A DNA stretch of 64,000 bases from the human T2T-CHM13v2.0 reference genome, Homo sapiens. The position numbers were made by a program, and so were the translations under genes. Of the stretch, positions 13,908 through 31,703 are shown in pieces; within the stretch, counting starts at the first letter, position 1, and every line of letters starts with the position of its first letter. Below the pieces are notes generated by a model. It made no database searches, had not been told where the DNA came from, and was given only the letters and a program-made list of their open reading frames with translations. Location of the stretch: NCBI RefSeq assembly GCF_009914755.1, contig NC_060926.1. The stretch is one strand, 5' to 3'.

Positions 13908-14160
13908 GTTTTAAGAGCACATAGCGTAGATATCAGAAATATAAGTTCTGCGGTGAGGGTGCATGTATTTACTTCTAACTCTCCCCATATAAATATTCTG
14001 AGCAAGACACGTATCCTTCTTAAATTTCAGACTTCCTATCTTTAATATGGGCATGAAAATGCTGTTCATATTAAAAGTTACTTTATGATAATTAAAACCA
14101 TTTAAATAGAAGAATGTATATCAAGCACTGATTTTATAATTAGCATAGTTAATAAAGTTA
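13908..14160 (+). mobile_element. MIR fragment
   Basis: Degenerate MIR core (TTAAGAGCAC...TGAGCAAG...TTTCAGACTTCCTATCTTTAATATGGG). Confidence 0.5.
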
Positions 14161-14595
14161 TAGTAAATTATTTTAACTAACAGTATTTATTAAATAAATC
14201 AGGAAATTTTTTTGTCTTTTGTGTTCCTGAATAGTTAGGTAACATAGAGAAAAAAAGAAGAACTTGTCTGTGAAACACTGACTCCTAATACAGTGCTTAA
14301 TCTTTGATGATATTTTCTGTGTGTTTTGCGGCTGTCAGTTTAGCTTCTTGAGTGAATTAAGATCAAATGTATTTTAAAATTTAAGTTTTCAAATTTATCA
14401 TGAAATTTTATTGAGTATACTTTTTCTGATTACTTAACCTCATTTATGTTCTTTTACTCAATGTTATTGTGTTGAGTTTTCATAGTGTTTCTTTAGACAA
14501 ATTTGTTGGCTATGTCTCTTTTACTAATCCTTTATAAGCATTATAATTTTTTATTAATTTTAATGTTTATAATTTTCTGTTTTCTTAACTTTGCT

Positions 14596-14905
14596 TTTAT
14601 TTTAATTAATTACTTTTTTTGAGATGGGCTCTAACTCTGTCGCCCAGGCTGGAGTGCAGTGGTGCAATCACGGCTCACTGCAGCCTCAACCTCCCTGGGC
14701 TCAGGTTATCCTCCCACCTGGGCCTCCCGAGTAGCTGGGACTACAGGCGTGCACCACCGTGCCCAGATAATGTTTTTGTATTTTTTGTAGAGACAGGGTT
14801 TTGCCATGTTGCCGAGCCTGATCTTGAACTCCTGAGCTCAAGTGACCTGCCCGTCTTGGCCTCCTAACGTACTGGGATTACAGGTGTGAGTCACTGTGCG
14901 CAGCT
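14596..14905 (-). mobile_element. Alu (AluJ)
   Basis: AluJ diagnostics GCAATCACGGCTCACTGCAGCCTCAACCTCC and TCCTCCCACC; TTTTTTGTAGAGAC. Confidence 0.93.
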
Positions 14906-15249
14906 ATTTTTATTTTTTAATTTTATATATTTTCTTTGACTTTATGTGTGTGTCTTTTATTAAATGAAGTAATCTAAATATATCCTTTTTTAACTTATAA
15001 AAATAAAAACTCTAAGACTCTACTTTTCTATTGAGTACAGTGATTTATATTGATTCTCAGTGATTGATCTTTTTCAATATATGGTTCTTGAACAACCTGG
15101 ATGTTTTTCAGAAGTGAGATGCCTGGGACTCAGTCAAAAATGTCTACATGAAAATATTAGAAAGCAAACAACACACAGTTGCACTAAAATAAATAATTGT
15201 TAACTATAACAGTTTCCATATTTTTAGTTTAATAATTTCCACTACTTTC

Positions 15250-15980
15250 TTGATTACATTGCAGTTTAGTTATTTTAAATCTAATATTAATTTTAACAAA
15301 TATTTTAGGCATTTCAAATATGGTTAAACTTTTATTTTTATGTGTTTTGTTGTAATTTATCTTTTCATTGTTGATTTTGTCTGTTTGTTTATCACTTTTG
15401 GTCAGAGAAAAAGCACCTTTACTATTTAGAATTTATTTACATTCTCCTTATGTTCAAACATAAAATTATTTTATAAAATGTCTTATAAACAAAAATTGTA
15501 GCCTCTATTAATTATAGCATTAATATTGTTTTCATACTAACCCATATTTTATATTCTTCATTGCTCAAATTCCAGAGAAGTAAATTAAAATCCCTCACTA
15601 TAATTGCGCTTTCTCAAAGTTTCCTTGTATTTCTAAGAATTTTGTCTTATGCATTGCACTGCTTGTGTACTATATAAATATATTTCATCCTTGATTGTTT
15701 GTTGCTTTCATAATTACTAATTTTTCTTTTGCCAATCTAATATATTTGGCCTAAATTTCTATTTTAATTTATGTGGGTTTGCTTGAAATATTGGCACATC
15801 CTTTCTCATCCTGTTACTTAAATGTAACTGAAATTTTTTTGGCCCCTTTGGCTTTTAAAATGGGGTACTAACCCATTCACAATTATTTTGATAAATGATA
15901 TATTTGGTCTTATTCTTAACATCTCTTATACATTTATTTTTCTTGGTATTTGTAGTTCGTGATTTCAAAACTTATTGGGC
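15250..15980 (-). mobile_element. Decayed old L1 ORF2 fragment (L1M)
   Basis: Antisense L1-like motifs TGGTCAGAGAA, TTAAAATCCCTCACTATAATTG, CCCATTCACAATTATT. Approximate. Confidence 0.5.
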
Positions 15981-16559
15981 TTGATCAATTTTTCTTTGAG
16001 TTAAACCAAGAAAATTTGTATTTGTACAGCTTGTCAATTTAACTTAAGGATTCACTAAATATTGAAATTTAAAACATTTCTGTTTTTATATTCAAGTTCT
16101 TCAAGGTGAAAGCACCCTTACTAGTAGATCTTCCAAAATTGAGCCTGAATCATGATTTGAAAATATCAAGACATTGAACCTTGCTCCTAGTGTAAATAAC
16201 TGTAAGACAGCAGATGGCTATATAGCTCTTCATAAGATATATTTTCTGAAATAATGCTAATACACAGCCTTGTACAATTTTATACACTGGTTGTATTTTG
16301 CTTAAATAAATGCTTTGAAAATATTATAACCTGTTAATATTTAAGTACAGTCAAATCACCACAAAGATTTCTTTTCCTTTTATTAAGTCTATCTGCAGGT
16401 GTTTTTATTTAATCAAAAACTACTATATGCTAATGTTTTCTATTTACAGAATGACTGGCTGTTGGAATTCAAGTAGCTCACAATTCTGTGTAAATGCCAT
16501 ATAATTTCACAATATATCATAATCAAGTTTATACTAGAAACGTATACTATAGAAACACT

Positions 16560-17030
16560 GATGAGGAAGGTTTCACAGATATGACATTGACATGGGATAT
16601 GAAAATGAGACATTGAGGAATAATATTTTAGTTAGAGGGATTAGTGTAGACAAAGTCATAGATGTGTGAGTGTTTGTTGAACACTAACTGCAATGTGGTT
16701 ACAGTAAAATCCAAAACATAAGATGTGAGATGAATCCAGACTGGGCCAGTTCTGAATGGCATGCCAAGTTGTTGACTTTTAGAATATAAACAAGAAGGAA
16801 TTAACAGTAAGTCATTGCAAATGGTGAAACATGATATAACTAGATGGATTTTGAGAAAGGGAATACTAACAATGTTGCAGAAGATAAATAGAATGAGGAG
16901 GAGATGGAAAATGAGAGACAGTAAGAAAAGGTTTCAGATATGAGAGGCATTTTTTAAAGTTAGAATTTATGTGATTTGCTTGCTGTTTGGATATTAGAGA
17001 TGAAGGGGAGGCAGGAATTCAAATAAATAT
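16560..17030 (-). mobile_element. L2 fragment
   Basis: Purine-rich L2-like text (GGCATGCCAAG...TTGACTTT; TTTTGAGAAAG; TTGGATATTAGAGATGAAGGGGAGG). Confidence 0.55.
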
Positions 17031-17130
17031 TACCTACTTAAAGATTATTACTTAATACTTATAACAACTTTAAGACTTATAACAACTTTAAGAAATAGAT
17101 ATCATTATCCTCATTTTAAAAATGCTTAGT

Positions 17131-17247
17131 TCTTAATTTTTGTGGGTACATAGTAGGTATGTATATTTATGAGTTACATGAGATGTTTTGTTACAGACAT
17201 GCAATGATTAAGAATTATATCATGGAAAATTGGGTAATCATCCCCTG
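17131..17247 (-). mobile_element. Extreme 3' end of an L1MA2/3-like element
   Basis: TTTTTGTGGGTACATAGTAGGTATGTATATTTATG...ACATGAGATGTTTTG...CATGCAATG. Confidence 0.85.
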
Positions 17248-17266
17248 AAACAAGAGAGAAGATCCT

Positions 17267-18006
17267 GAAGTTTAGAGAAAAAAGAATAAAAAGAAACGAA
17301 CAAAGCCTCCAAGAAATATGGGGCTATGTGAAAAGACCAAATCTACGTCTGATTGGTGTACCTGAAAGTGATGGGGAGAATGGAACCAAGTTGGAAAACA
17401 CTCTGCAGGATGTTATCCAGGAGAACTTCCCCAATCTAGCAAGGCAGGCCAACATTCAAATTCAGGAAATACAGAGAATGCCACAAAGATACTCCTCGAG
17501 AAGAGCAACACCAAGACACATAATTGACAGATTCACCAAAGTTGAAATGAAGGAAAAAATGTTAAGGGCAGACAGAGAGAAAGGTCGGGTTACCCACAAA
17601 GGGAAGCCCATCAGACTAACAGCTGATCTCTGGGCAGAAACTCTACAAGCCAGAAGAGAGTGGGGGCCAATATTCAACATTCTTAAAGAAAAGAATTTTC
17701 AACCCAGAATTTCATATCCAGCCAAACTAAGCTTTATAAGTGAAGGAGAAATAAAATCCTTTACAGACAAGCAACTGCTGAGAGATTTTGTCACCATCAG
17801 GCCTGCTCTAAAAGAGCTCCTGAAGGAAGTACTAAACATGGAAAGGAACAAACAGTACCAGCCACTGCAAAAACATGCCAAATTGTAAAGACCATCGAGG
17901 CTAGGAAGAAACTGCATCAACTAACGAGCAAAATAACCAGCTAACATCATAATGACAGGATCAAATTCACACATAACAATATTAACCTTAAATGTAAATG
18001 GGCTAA
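17267..18006 (+). mobile_element. Internal L1PA fragment: 3' ORF1, 63-nt spacer and first 18 codons of ORF2; no 5' UTR or poly(A)
   Basis: Close match to primate L1; ORF1 stop ends at 17888, ORF2 ATG at 17952 (MTGSNSHITILTLNVNGL); flanked by the direct repeat GATCCT (17261-17266, 18007-18012). Confidence 0.97.
17268..17888 (+). pseudogene. LINE-1 ORF1p C-terminal 206 codons (end of coiled coil, RRM, CTD), frame open, native start missing
   Basis: KFREKRIKRNEQSLQEIWGYVKRPNLRLIGVPE...REKG...ARREW...YPAKLS...KHAKL*; in-frame TAA at 17235 and no upstream ATG (the ORF track starts at a GTG). Confidence 0.95.
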
Positions 18007-20399
18007 GATCCTAAATCTAAAAGAGTTTAGATCATTTGCTCTGGTACTTGCTGCTTACAGATACTGAAGTTCCAAGAAAACCCCAGTTTATCTGATTGCT
18101 GAACTGACATCAAAACCTTACCTCCACAGAGGCAGCTTGGAGTACTGAGTATACTGTAATTCCTCAACCAATCTGGGGAATAAAGGAGAGAAACACGTTT
18201 GATGGTGCCGGGAGAAGGAAGTTATACATATTCTTGCAGATAATTTTCAATCTCTGATTCTCACTCAACGTAATTCTTAAGAACTATTTTTGTGCTATTT
18301 TTGAAAGCAGGTAAAAAGCTCAATTGACCTACCTCATTATAGAGTTGGTGCAGTAGAAAGTGGGAGGGTATAAACATTTTAAGCCGATTTAAATTTTCTG
18401 CAGTAAAACTGTTCCTAATATATGAATTAACCTTTTCATAGCTACGTAGTTTCTACTCATCCTTTGACAAGACTTTGTTTACCAAAAATGGGGAATTTTT
18501 ACATCTTAAATCACAACCACTTTGATCAAATATGCAATATTTAAAAAAATTGGAAAAATCTTAAATTGTATTAAAATATAAAGTTTTAAAAATTTCTCAT
18601 ATCAAAATTTAGCTCTAATAACATATCAGAAGTTATAATTATGCACACATTGCTTTGAGATATATTGCTATGAAGAAAAATTATTTTAGCATTTAGCTTG
18701 AAGCTGATAATTCTTTTTTAAGGTTCTATAATTTATGACATAAAAGGGTTTAATATTTATAATAATCACAAGTAATAATGAGGCTTATCTCCCTTCTAAA
18801 CTTTCTTCGCCAGATTTGAAAACATTTTATTTAAAAGGCATTTTGCTATAAAAGAAAGTGCGCTTTTGGAGTGTTTGCCAGTGTAATTAATGTCATCACA
18901 CTTAAATGCATCAACAAGCTCAAATTGATAGAGCTTGTGCTACGAAAAATGGAACATTTTTTATTATCAGCTACTTTCTTTGGTGAAAAAAATCAAGAGT
19001 TATGAGTTATATGTTTTCACATAAATGTATTTATCAAAAGACATGGCATAATTTGATATGGATCTTTTGCCTCTTAATGCAAGGAAGTAAGAAGGTAAAA
19101 AAATGACACCAAAGATGTGGGATGGACATTTTCTTTGATTAATGTGTCAGCCTGGAGAATTCCATAAAAACTGTAATGGTGTCTGGTTAGAAAAAGGTGA
19201 TCTTATTTTTTAATGTGTTTATGTTATAATTTTTTAAAAAAGGAAAACTGTATTTTCACAATATTTCAGCACATTTTAAATCATCTGCAACTCTACTAAC
19301 CTAGCACAATTAAAGTTCTTATATCTTCTCTATTTTGCTCATTTGCCTGTAAAATTTTATATCATTATAATCATAGCATATGTACCATTTGGCAGTTTAA
19401 CATTTTCTATTACATTATGTAAATTTACACAATTGTACACATTCTTCATATATTTTAAATTGTATTTTAATACACAATAAGAGTAGCAACATTTTTCAAA
19501 AAGAGAAAAAAGAGCTAAGTTATCAGCAAAGTTATGGAATTTTCTGTTGGTTAGAATTAGTTTTACTCAATGAAACATCTTAAACCGAATTGTTGTAATA
19601 GCTTTATGGTTATAACTAATTTTACTGGTTTGCCAGAGAGCAATGACTGACATTGGAACTTCACCCTGGTGAGAATGACTTTGACCTTCATATCACTTTC
19701 ACTTCTTATTCCCATGAAACCTTAGAACTCTTAGCCTAAAGTCAGTTTTCCCCCCAATCATTTTCAACATGTGTCCTTTCCAAACACAAGTAATATAAGG
19801 TAGTCTTCAGCACGTTTTTGTGCTTGTCTAAGAGAACGTATATGAATTATTCTCAGAAACTTCATGATGAATTACTAGAGAAATAGATTTAATCCATAAA
19901 TATATGTGAAATCATAAAAATTTAATATGTCTGTAGACACATATGCAGGCACACATCCTTTCCTCCCCCCTTTCACCATCACACATCTTTCATCTTCCTT
20001 TTTGTTTTTGTGTCGGACTCTCACTTGTTCTATTCTGTCATCTTAAAATGGTTAAATTGATTGGAAAAGTCCAGGATGTTATATTTCATTGATCTTTTCA
20101 GCACACTTGAGTATTCTAATATAGAGTTTGGGAAACAGTAACAGTGGCCCAGGTGAAATATGCAGATGGAAATTTCTCATTAAATCTTCTCATTTAAATT
20201 CATCGTTTAATTTAATATCATTTTATATTCATTAAGATTTACATAATAAATTAGACCCAGGTGACCAACTTGATATCATTTCTAGTACTATAATAGTGAG
20301 CCCCCTAAACCCACAATGCCGTCAAATGTCTTCCAAAACCCCTCAGTTCTCCCATGTCATTTCTAAAACAGATGCTCACACACAGGGAATAGTAATATT

Positions 20400-20640
20400 C
20401 ATCATTCATTCTAGACAGGTTAACAGAGTATCTTCCAAATACTTAGCATTTTTCTAAGCAGCATGGGAAATGCAAAGAAGATGAAGTTCTTGACCTTAAG
20501 AGACACGGAATTTAGTTGAGGAAGCAAGACATATTGACAAGAACACTCTCATAACCAAACAGGGCATCAAAGTAAGGTGACAGGTCTAAGAAAAGAAAGC
20601 AAACATTTTAGAGAGTCACAAAATAATTGAGTTCCATGCA
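20400..20640 (-). mobile_element. L2 3' end fragment
   Basis: ATTCATCATTCATT terminus followed by an L2-like TTCTTGACCTTAAG...TTTAGTTGAGGAAGCAAGACA. Confidence 0.5.
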
Positions 20641-20699
20641 TGCGAATGAGAGAAGGATCTAAGATATGGCTTAACCTTTTAATATTTAACACTCTGTAA

Positions 20700-21372
20700 T
20701 GTGCAATATAGAGATGCCTTGTATCTCTCAGTTATTTGTTAGTTCTGTAAGTACTTCTGACTCATCTGTGGTTGGCTAAGTGTGAGGATCTACCATAATC
20801 TTCAAATGTCTACTGTTCTATCAGCTTTTTTATTTGCTTCCACTGCAAGCTCTCAAATTCACTTTTAGAATAGTGGAAAGATCATCTGACTCTTTCTGAG
20901 TTTCAGATAGTGATCTTATTATCATAGTATTCTGCAGTTTGTGTCTTAAGTCTCCTGCTCCAGCTGCTTGTCTACATGCTGGCTTTCTCGCTTTGCCCTA
21001 CGTTTCCATCTTCATAAGTTTCTGGACCTTTCTTTGACGGGTTTTTGACCTACATCTTTGATTTGCTCTCAAGTGACCAAGGTTTCGCCCTGCTCACTGT
21101 CTTCTCTCTGCTTGGTTTGCTGTATGGCTTTTCCTCAGAACTCTAATCTATTGTGTTCACTGATACAACTAACTCCCAGGTTTCTGTGTCTTCTCCTGCT
21201 GTGTCATGTATTCTTTCCCATGTATCTGTATGGTAAACTCTAAATACTGTGGTTTCCATTGAATCTCAGCTGCATCCCCTCAACTCATGAATTCCAGTGG
21301 GCTCTGCCTGGGATCTCCTTCCTCCTCGGCAGCCTAGAGACTCTCTCCAGGCAGAAAGCTGGAGCAATAATA
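20700..21372 (-). mobile_element. Old L1 5'-region fragment (L1MD/L1M-like)
   Basis: CTCTCTCCAGGCAGAAAGCTGGAGCAAT and GGGCTCTGCCTGGG recall L1MD 5' ends. Approximate. Confidence 0.5.
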
Positions 21373-21376
21373 AGCT

Positions 21377-21523
21377 GATTGCTATATGGAAGGGGGTGGT
21401 ACTTTCGTTTAGTAGCTAGAAGCCAGAAATGTTGCTAAAAATTTCATAATATACAGGACAGTCCCCCACAACAACAAAACATCCAGCCTCAAATGCCAAT
21501 AGTGCTGAAACTGAGAAATTCTA
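21377..21523 (+). mobile_element. MER20 fragment (hAT-Charlie)
   Basis: TAGAAGCCAGAAATGTTGCTAAA...ACAGGACAGTCCCCCACAACAA...AAATGCCAATAGTGCTGAAACTGAGAAA. Confidence 0.85.
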
Positions 21524-21889
21524 GCCTAGGCATAAACAACAACCAGTGTTTTGGAGCAGAATTATGCTCACTTTTCCTCTTTCTGTATGTTTTAGTCCTA
21601 GAGTCCTATTTTTCTCTTTCTCTATATTTTAGTCTGATTCAGTCCTTTCTGTATAATTTAGTCCCGTGTGTTTGGTTTCAATTCAATTTCTGCATATTAA
21701 CTGGCATATTCAAGGCAAGAGCACTGTTTTTGCCACTAATGAGTAAAGACCACAATAAGATCTGTAAATGTAACAAGTGAAAAAAAAATCAGTAAGATAC
21801 AAAGATATAGAAAGACTACTAAACTTTCTGTTATCCCCAAATAATAAACTCCATTGAAATTTGTTAAGGATTGAGATATACCTTAATTA

Positions 21890-22060
21890 TTACATTTTAA
21901 CACTCTATAATTACTTTATAAAACCTACCACGTGTTATTATTCTAATTATGTAAGGAACAGAGAAGTTAAGTGATGCCTGAGGTGGTATGGGTGATAAGT
22001 AGAAGAGTTATTGTTTTAACTTGTTTCTTTCTGACTCCTAAGCCTTCATCCATCACTTCT
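21890..22060 (-). mobile_element. MIR fragment
   Basis: CAGAGAAGTTAAGTGA-TGCCTGAGGT...TCTGACTCCTAAGCC. Confidence 0.6.
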
Positions 22061-22363
22061 TATGCTGCATGAAACAATAGAGATAGGCCAATGTGAAACT
22101 TCAAGCTGTTGAGTGAAAATATTTCATTTTACTGTGTCACAACTAAGATTTTTGTTGGTGGTAGGGGAACTCTGTTCTGATCTTGGGAGAAATAGGACAA
22201 TATAAACTGTCCACCTGGAAAATCAACAGAATGTTTATCTCAAGGTATTATGTATTTTTAGTAGAACATCTAAGAGGAAATAAGCCCCCTGAAGACAGCC
22301 TTTTAAAAGGAGGAGAAATTACTTGACTTTTTGAGAGTCAGAAGAATTGTGTGGCCCAGGGTT

Positions 22364-22457
22364 CCCTATATATAACATCCTTATATGTAACATTCCTATA
22401 TATAACCCTATATATATAACATAACATCCCTATGTATAACATCCCTATATATAACAT
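22364..22457. repeat. Minisatellite, ~6 copies of 15-mer CCCTATATATAACAT
   Basis: Imperfect tandem copies visible directly. Confidence 0.85.
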
Positions 22458-23697
22458 TACCAGAGAGAAATTTTTGTTCTTCAGTTTAAAGCTTTCTAAT
22501 GCAGAACAGGTGATACTCTTGGGAGCAGCTGAGTTCTTGGTACTCTAAATTTCATGATTATTTTAAAAATAAGGTTACCAAGCTGAAATTAACACAATAG
22601 AAATCATACATCTGCAGTGGAGTGTAATATTAGTCTACATTTTTTTTCTTATGATATAGCATTGGTTTGGAGCAACAGAGTTTGTATATAGTCTATAAGT
22701 ATCTTGGCTTCTCATTGCATCTTCGTGGTTCTCAGGTCCCCTACATATATCTTCAGACTGACTCCTTCTTGACATCATCTGTACCACACAAAGCACCTGG
22801 GTTGTTCTCAAAAGCTTTACAACCAATCTCCAACAGGTGTTAGGCTTTACTCATGCCTTTATGCAGTCTAATCTTATATGAGAACTTGTAATTAACAGAC
22901 TAGTGGGGATTTCTTTTCTTCTTCCTCAAATATACTCTACAAGCCCTGCTTACTTTATGAATTAATGTGAAGAGCTTTGTAGGGCTGCCATTATGGGTAT
23001 TTCTGTCTCGAATTTCAGTACCCTCTTTATGACTTTGTCTTCTGCTGGCTGTGTGCTCCCTGGGGTACTGGAACAAAGAAAATTGTTTTATTCTGCTTTT
23101 TTTTTGGATGGAAGATATTTCCATATTAGAGTTAATACACTCTCAGATACAGTAAACTTGTTTGGCAATTTCACATGGGCTGTACAGTAAGCAATGATGG
23201 CTGAGCCAAATATGAACCTGTGTCACTTTGGTTAAAAGGTATAACACTTTAAGGAATACCAAAGCTGAACAAAAAAAGCAGACGAAAACAAGAACAACTA
23301 AGTGTCCTGCCAAAATGATATAGTTTATACAACTGTTGTAATTCACATAAACATTGGCTAAAATCCAGGTTTTTTTCCTCTGGAAACAGTGATGGATAGT
23401 GCTCTCTCACAAAATTCTGTCATGTTTATAGAAAGGTGAAATCCCATTCATGTGACAAACAGCAAATGTACACAGTAAGTAGGCATTTAAACACAGTCTG
23501 AAATTTTATGTGAAGATACACTAGTTTCGTCTGTTTTCCTGGCAGAGAGGGGAAGTGGTAGAAAGGAAGTAGATTATACATATATAAGCATTTTTAATGC
23601 ATTTTGATCACCAGCCTTAAAATGTAATTCATACATAAGATCACTAATGTGTTCTATTATTTCTTTTCTTTCTATTTCTTTCCTTTTCTTCTCTGAT

Positions 23698-23751
23698 TTC
23701 TATTCTATTCTATTCTATTCTATTCTATTCTATTCTATTCTATTCTATTCT
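23698..23751. repeat. (TTCTA)n microsatellite
   Basis: About 11 perfect pentamer units with degenerate flanks. Confidence 0.95.
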
Positions 23752-23944
23752 TTATATTCCAGACCATTTTGCTTTATTCTACTCTATTTCCTGTTCTAAA
23801 AAGATGATAAAATGATTAAACAACTAAATTGGTGTTTTGATTCAAAAATGTATTACAGCCAAATGATAAAGATTGATTTGTACACTTCCAGTTATTTTTA
23901 AGCAACAGTTAAAAGTCAATATTCTTTTTTGTTGCTAGTACCCA

Positions 23945-24312
23945 TTTTTAAACAGCATTAGTGAGATATAATTCACATATCACAAATTTGCCTATTTAAA
24001 GTACATAATTCAATGGTTTTCAGTATATCCTCTGAGTTGAGCAATCATCACAAAAATCTAATTTTATAACATTTTTATTACCCCCTAAAGAAATCTTGTA
24101 CCCATTAACAGTCACTCTTCACCCAGTCCCCTCCTTCCGGCCTGGCTTGAATAACCACTAATTGAGTTTTTTTCTGTATCTTTTTTTTTTCTAGGCATTA
24201 CATATAAATGAAATTACACAATGTATAGTCTTCTGTGACTGGTTTAACATAGTATAACATTTTTAAGGCTTAAGAATGTCATAGCTTGTATAAGAATTTT
24301 CATCTTTTTTCT
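23945..24312 (-). mobile_element. L1MB (L1MB7-like) 3' end, first part
   Basis: TGAGATATAATTCACATA...TTTAAAGTACATAATTCAATGGTTTT...TGTACCCATTAACAGTCACTC; continues at 29278. Confidence 0.85.
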
Positions 24313-24319
24313 GATGCTC

Positions 24320-29270
<4,951 letters not shown>

Positions 29271-29277
29271 GTACCTA

Positions 29278-30880
29278 CTTCATTCTTTTGTATTGCCGAG
29301 TAATATTCTATTGTATAAATATACCACATTTTGTTTATGCATTCATTAGTTGAAGGAAAACAGAGTTGTTTTAAATTTGGGGCTATTATGAATAATGCTG
29401 CTATGAGCATTTATTTGCATATTTTATTTTGTGTGTGTATGTGCGTTTGCGTGAACACCTGTTTTCTTGAGCATACATCTAGGAGTGGAATCACTGGGTC
29501 ATATGATAACTGTATATTAAACATTTTGAGGAATTGCCAGACCGTTTTCCAAAGCAACTCTACCTTTTACATTCTCATCAGCAATGTATAATGGTTCCAG
29601 TTTCTCCACATTCTTGTCAACACTTGTTATTATCTATCTCTTTCATTGTACCATTTTAGTGACTGCAGAGTTGTATCTCCTTATAGTATTGATTTAGATT
29701 TTCCTATTGACACATTATTTTAAAAGTATTTTTACATATTTTCATGTGCTTATTTTCTATTTGTGTATCTTTGGAGAAATGGCTATGCAGATTCATAGCC
29801 CATTTTTAAAATGGGTCATTTTTCTTATATTATTGAGTTATGAGTGTTAGTTATACATTCTGGGCATAAGTTTCTTATCAGATATTTAATTTGCAAATAT
29901 TTTATCTCATTCTGTGGTTTGCCTTTTTACTTTCTTAATGGAATCAATTTCAACACAAAAGGTTTATTTTTCATTAATTTACAAGTAAAAATTACATATA
30001 TTTATGATGTATAATATGATGTTTCAGTATATGTATACATTGTGGAATGGCTAAATCTAATTAGCATATGTGTTACATCATATATGTATCAGTTTTTTTG
30101 GAGTGAGACCACTTAAAATCTAACCTCTTAACAATTTTCACATATACAGTATATTGTTGTCAATTATAGTCACCATAATGTATAATAGGTTTCTTGAAGG
30201 TATTTCTCCTGTCTACCTGAAATTTTGTTTCTTTTGACTAACATTTACCAATTATGCCACCCACCAGCCTCTGGTAATTATCATTTTACTCTCTGTTTCT
30301 AAGTCCAACTTTTTTACATTCCACATATGTGAAATTTTGCAGTATTTGTCTTTCCGTGTCTGGCTTATTTCATTTAACATATCCTCCAGATCCATCCATG
30401 TTGTCACAAACGACAAGATTTTCTTCTATTTTATGGCTGAATAGTATTCCATTGTGTATATATAACACAATTTCTTTATCCATTCATTTGTGGATGAACA
30501 TTTAGGTTGCTTCCATGTCTTGGCAATTATCAATAATGCTGCAATGAACACAGGACTGCAGATGTCTCCTCAGCATACTGATTTCATGTGCTTTGAATAT
30601 ATTCAGTAGTGGGATTACTATAAAATGGTAGTTCTATTTTTAATTTTGAGGAAAGTTCGTATTGTTTTCTATAATGGCTGTACTAATAAAAGGCTTTAAT
30701 TTTGATGAAGCCCAACTTATCTATTTTTGTTGTTGTTGTTGCTTGTCTTTTTGGTGTCATATCTAAGAAATTACCTAAAACTCTGTAATGAAAATTTACT
30801 TTTAAACTTTCTTCTAAGAGTTTTGTATTTTTAGGTCTTACGTTTAGAATATTATCAATTTTGATTTAATTTCTTAGTGA
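29278..30880 (-). mobile_element. L1MB (L1MB7-like), continuation
   Basis: Resumes ACTTCATTCTTTTGTATTGCCGAGTAATATTC at the point where 23945-24312 stops. Confidence 0.82.
29963..30687 (-). mobile_element. 5'-truncated L1MA7/8-like 3' end nested in L1MB
   Basis: ATGTATACATTGTGGAATGGCTAAATC...CACTTAAAATCTA; TSD-like AAAAGG(C)TTTA on both sides. Confidence 0.82.
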
Positions 30881-31634
30881 GTACCTTTCAAAATCAATTT
30901 CATTGTTAGGTCTAAAAGAGTAGAGAATATGTTTATGATAACATAGCAGAAATAAATAGAAAAAAGTAGAGACAGCACAGACACACTGATATAATAAATC
31001 CATTTTGGTAAGCCATTTGGGTCAAACCAATGAAAGATCACAGCACAAAAACTTTATAACTGAGTTCAGAAAATGAGTCTCAAGCTGATTAGAATAGTTG
31101 GACTTTCCTATTTAGGAAAAGTGAAGCTGAGGGGAATGATCAGTCCTGCCAGGTAATGAGGATTGACCTCCTTCATGAGACCAGCAAATCTTAAGTTGTT
31201 CAGGAGAATGTTCAGATTTGACTGCAATATGTTAAAAAGAAATAACTACTTAGCTATATGCAAATTTTTAGCTATGAACTATTGCTATTCTTAATCCTCA
31301 CCAGCTTTTGTGGTTGATCTCTTTCATCATATTATACTGACTTTCAAATCACAAATTTCCTGGTTTCGACTTTTAGAAGCTATTTTTATAGAGGCCTTCA
31401 AACTCAGGAAGTTGAATGTACTCACTTTCAAATGTATCAATTCTGCAGTTTTGTTAATAGATAAGTTGACAAGTGACAGAAAAACTTTAGCATTCTCCTT
31501 CTATTGAATTAATCTTAAAAGAAAATTACTCAGTGAACTCTTTCATCCTCTCATATTCTAATATAAAAACAAATGCTGCATTAGCAAACTGTAACCACTC
31601 ATCAGTCCAAATGAGATTGAGGTGGAATACTCAC

Positions 31635-31703
31635 TGTCCATCAACCATGATAATCCTTGGATCAGTACAGAGCTGGCACTGTCAGAAGGTTTCGAACTGT
31701 GAC
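31635..31703 (-). other. Candidate 69-nt internal exon (host transcript unknown)
   Basis: Minus strand CTTTTCTTTTTAATCAG|GTCAC...GGACA|GTGAGTAT; length divisible by 3; one open frame; lies in sequence with no repeat that I recognise. Confidence 0.35.

Noticed and set aside
17057-17092. 18-bp tandem duplication ACTTATAACAACTTTAAG in a MIR-like remnant
   Set aside because: Ordinary slippage duplication with no further structure.
17328-17888. A domesticated ORF1-derived gene such as L1TD1
   Set aside because: Sequence is close to ordinary primate L1PA ORF1, retains the L1 spacer and ORF2 start, and lacks a native start codon and visible promoter.
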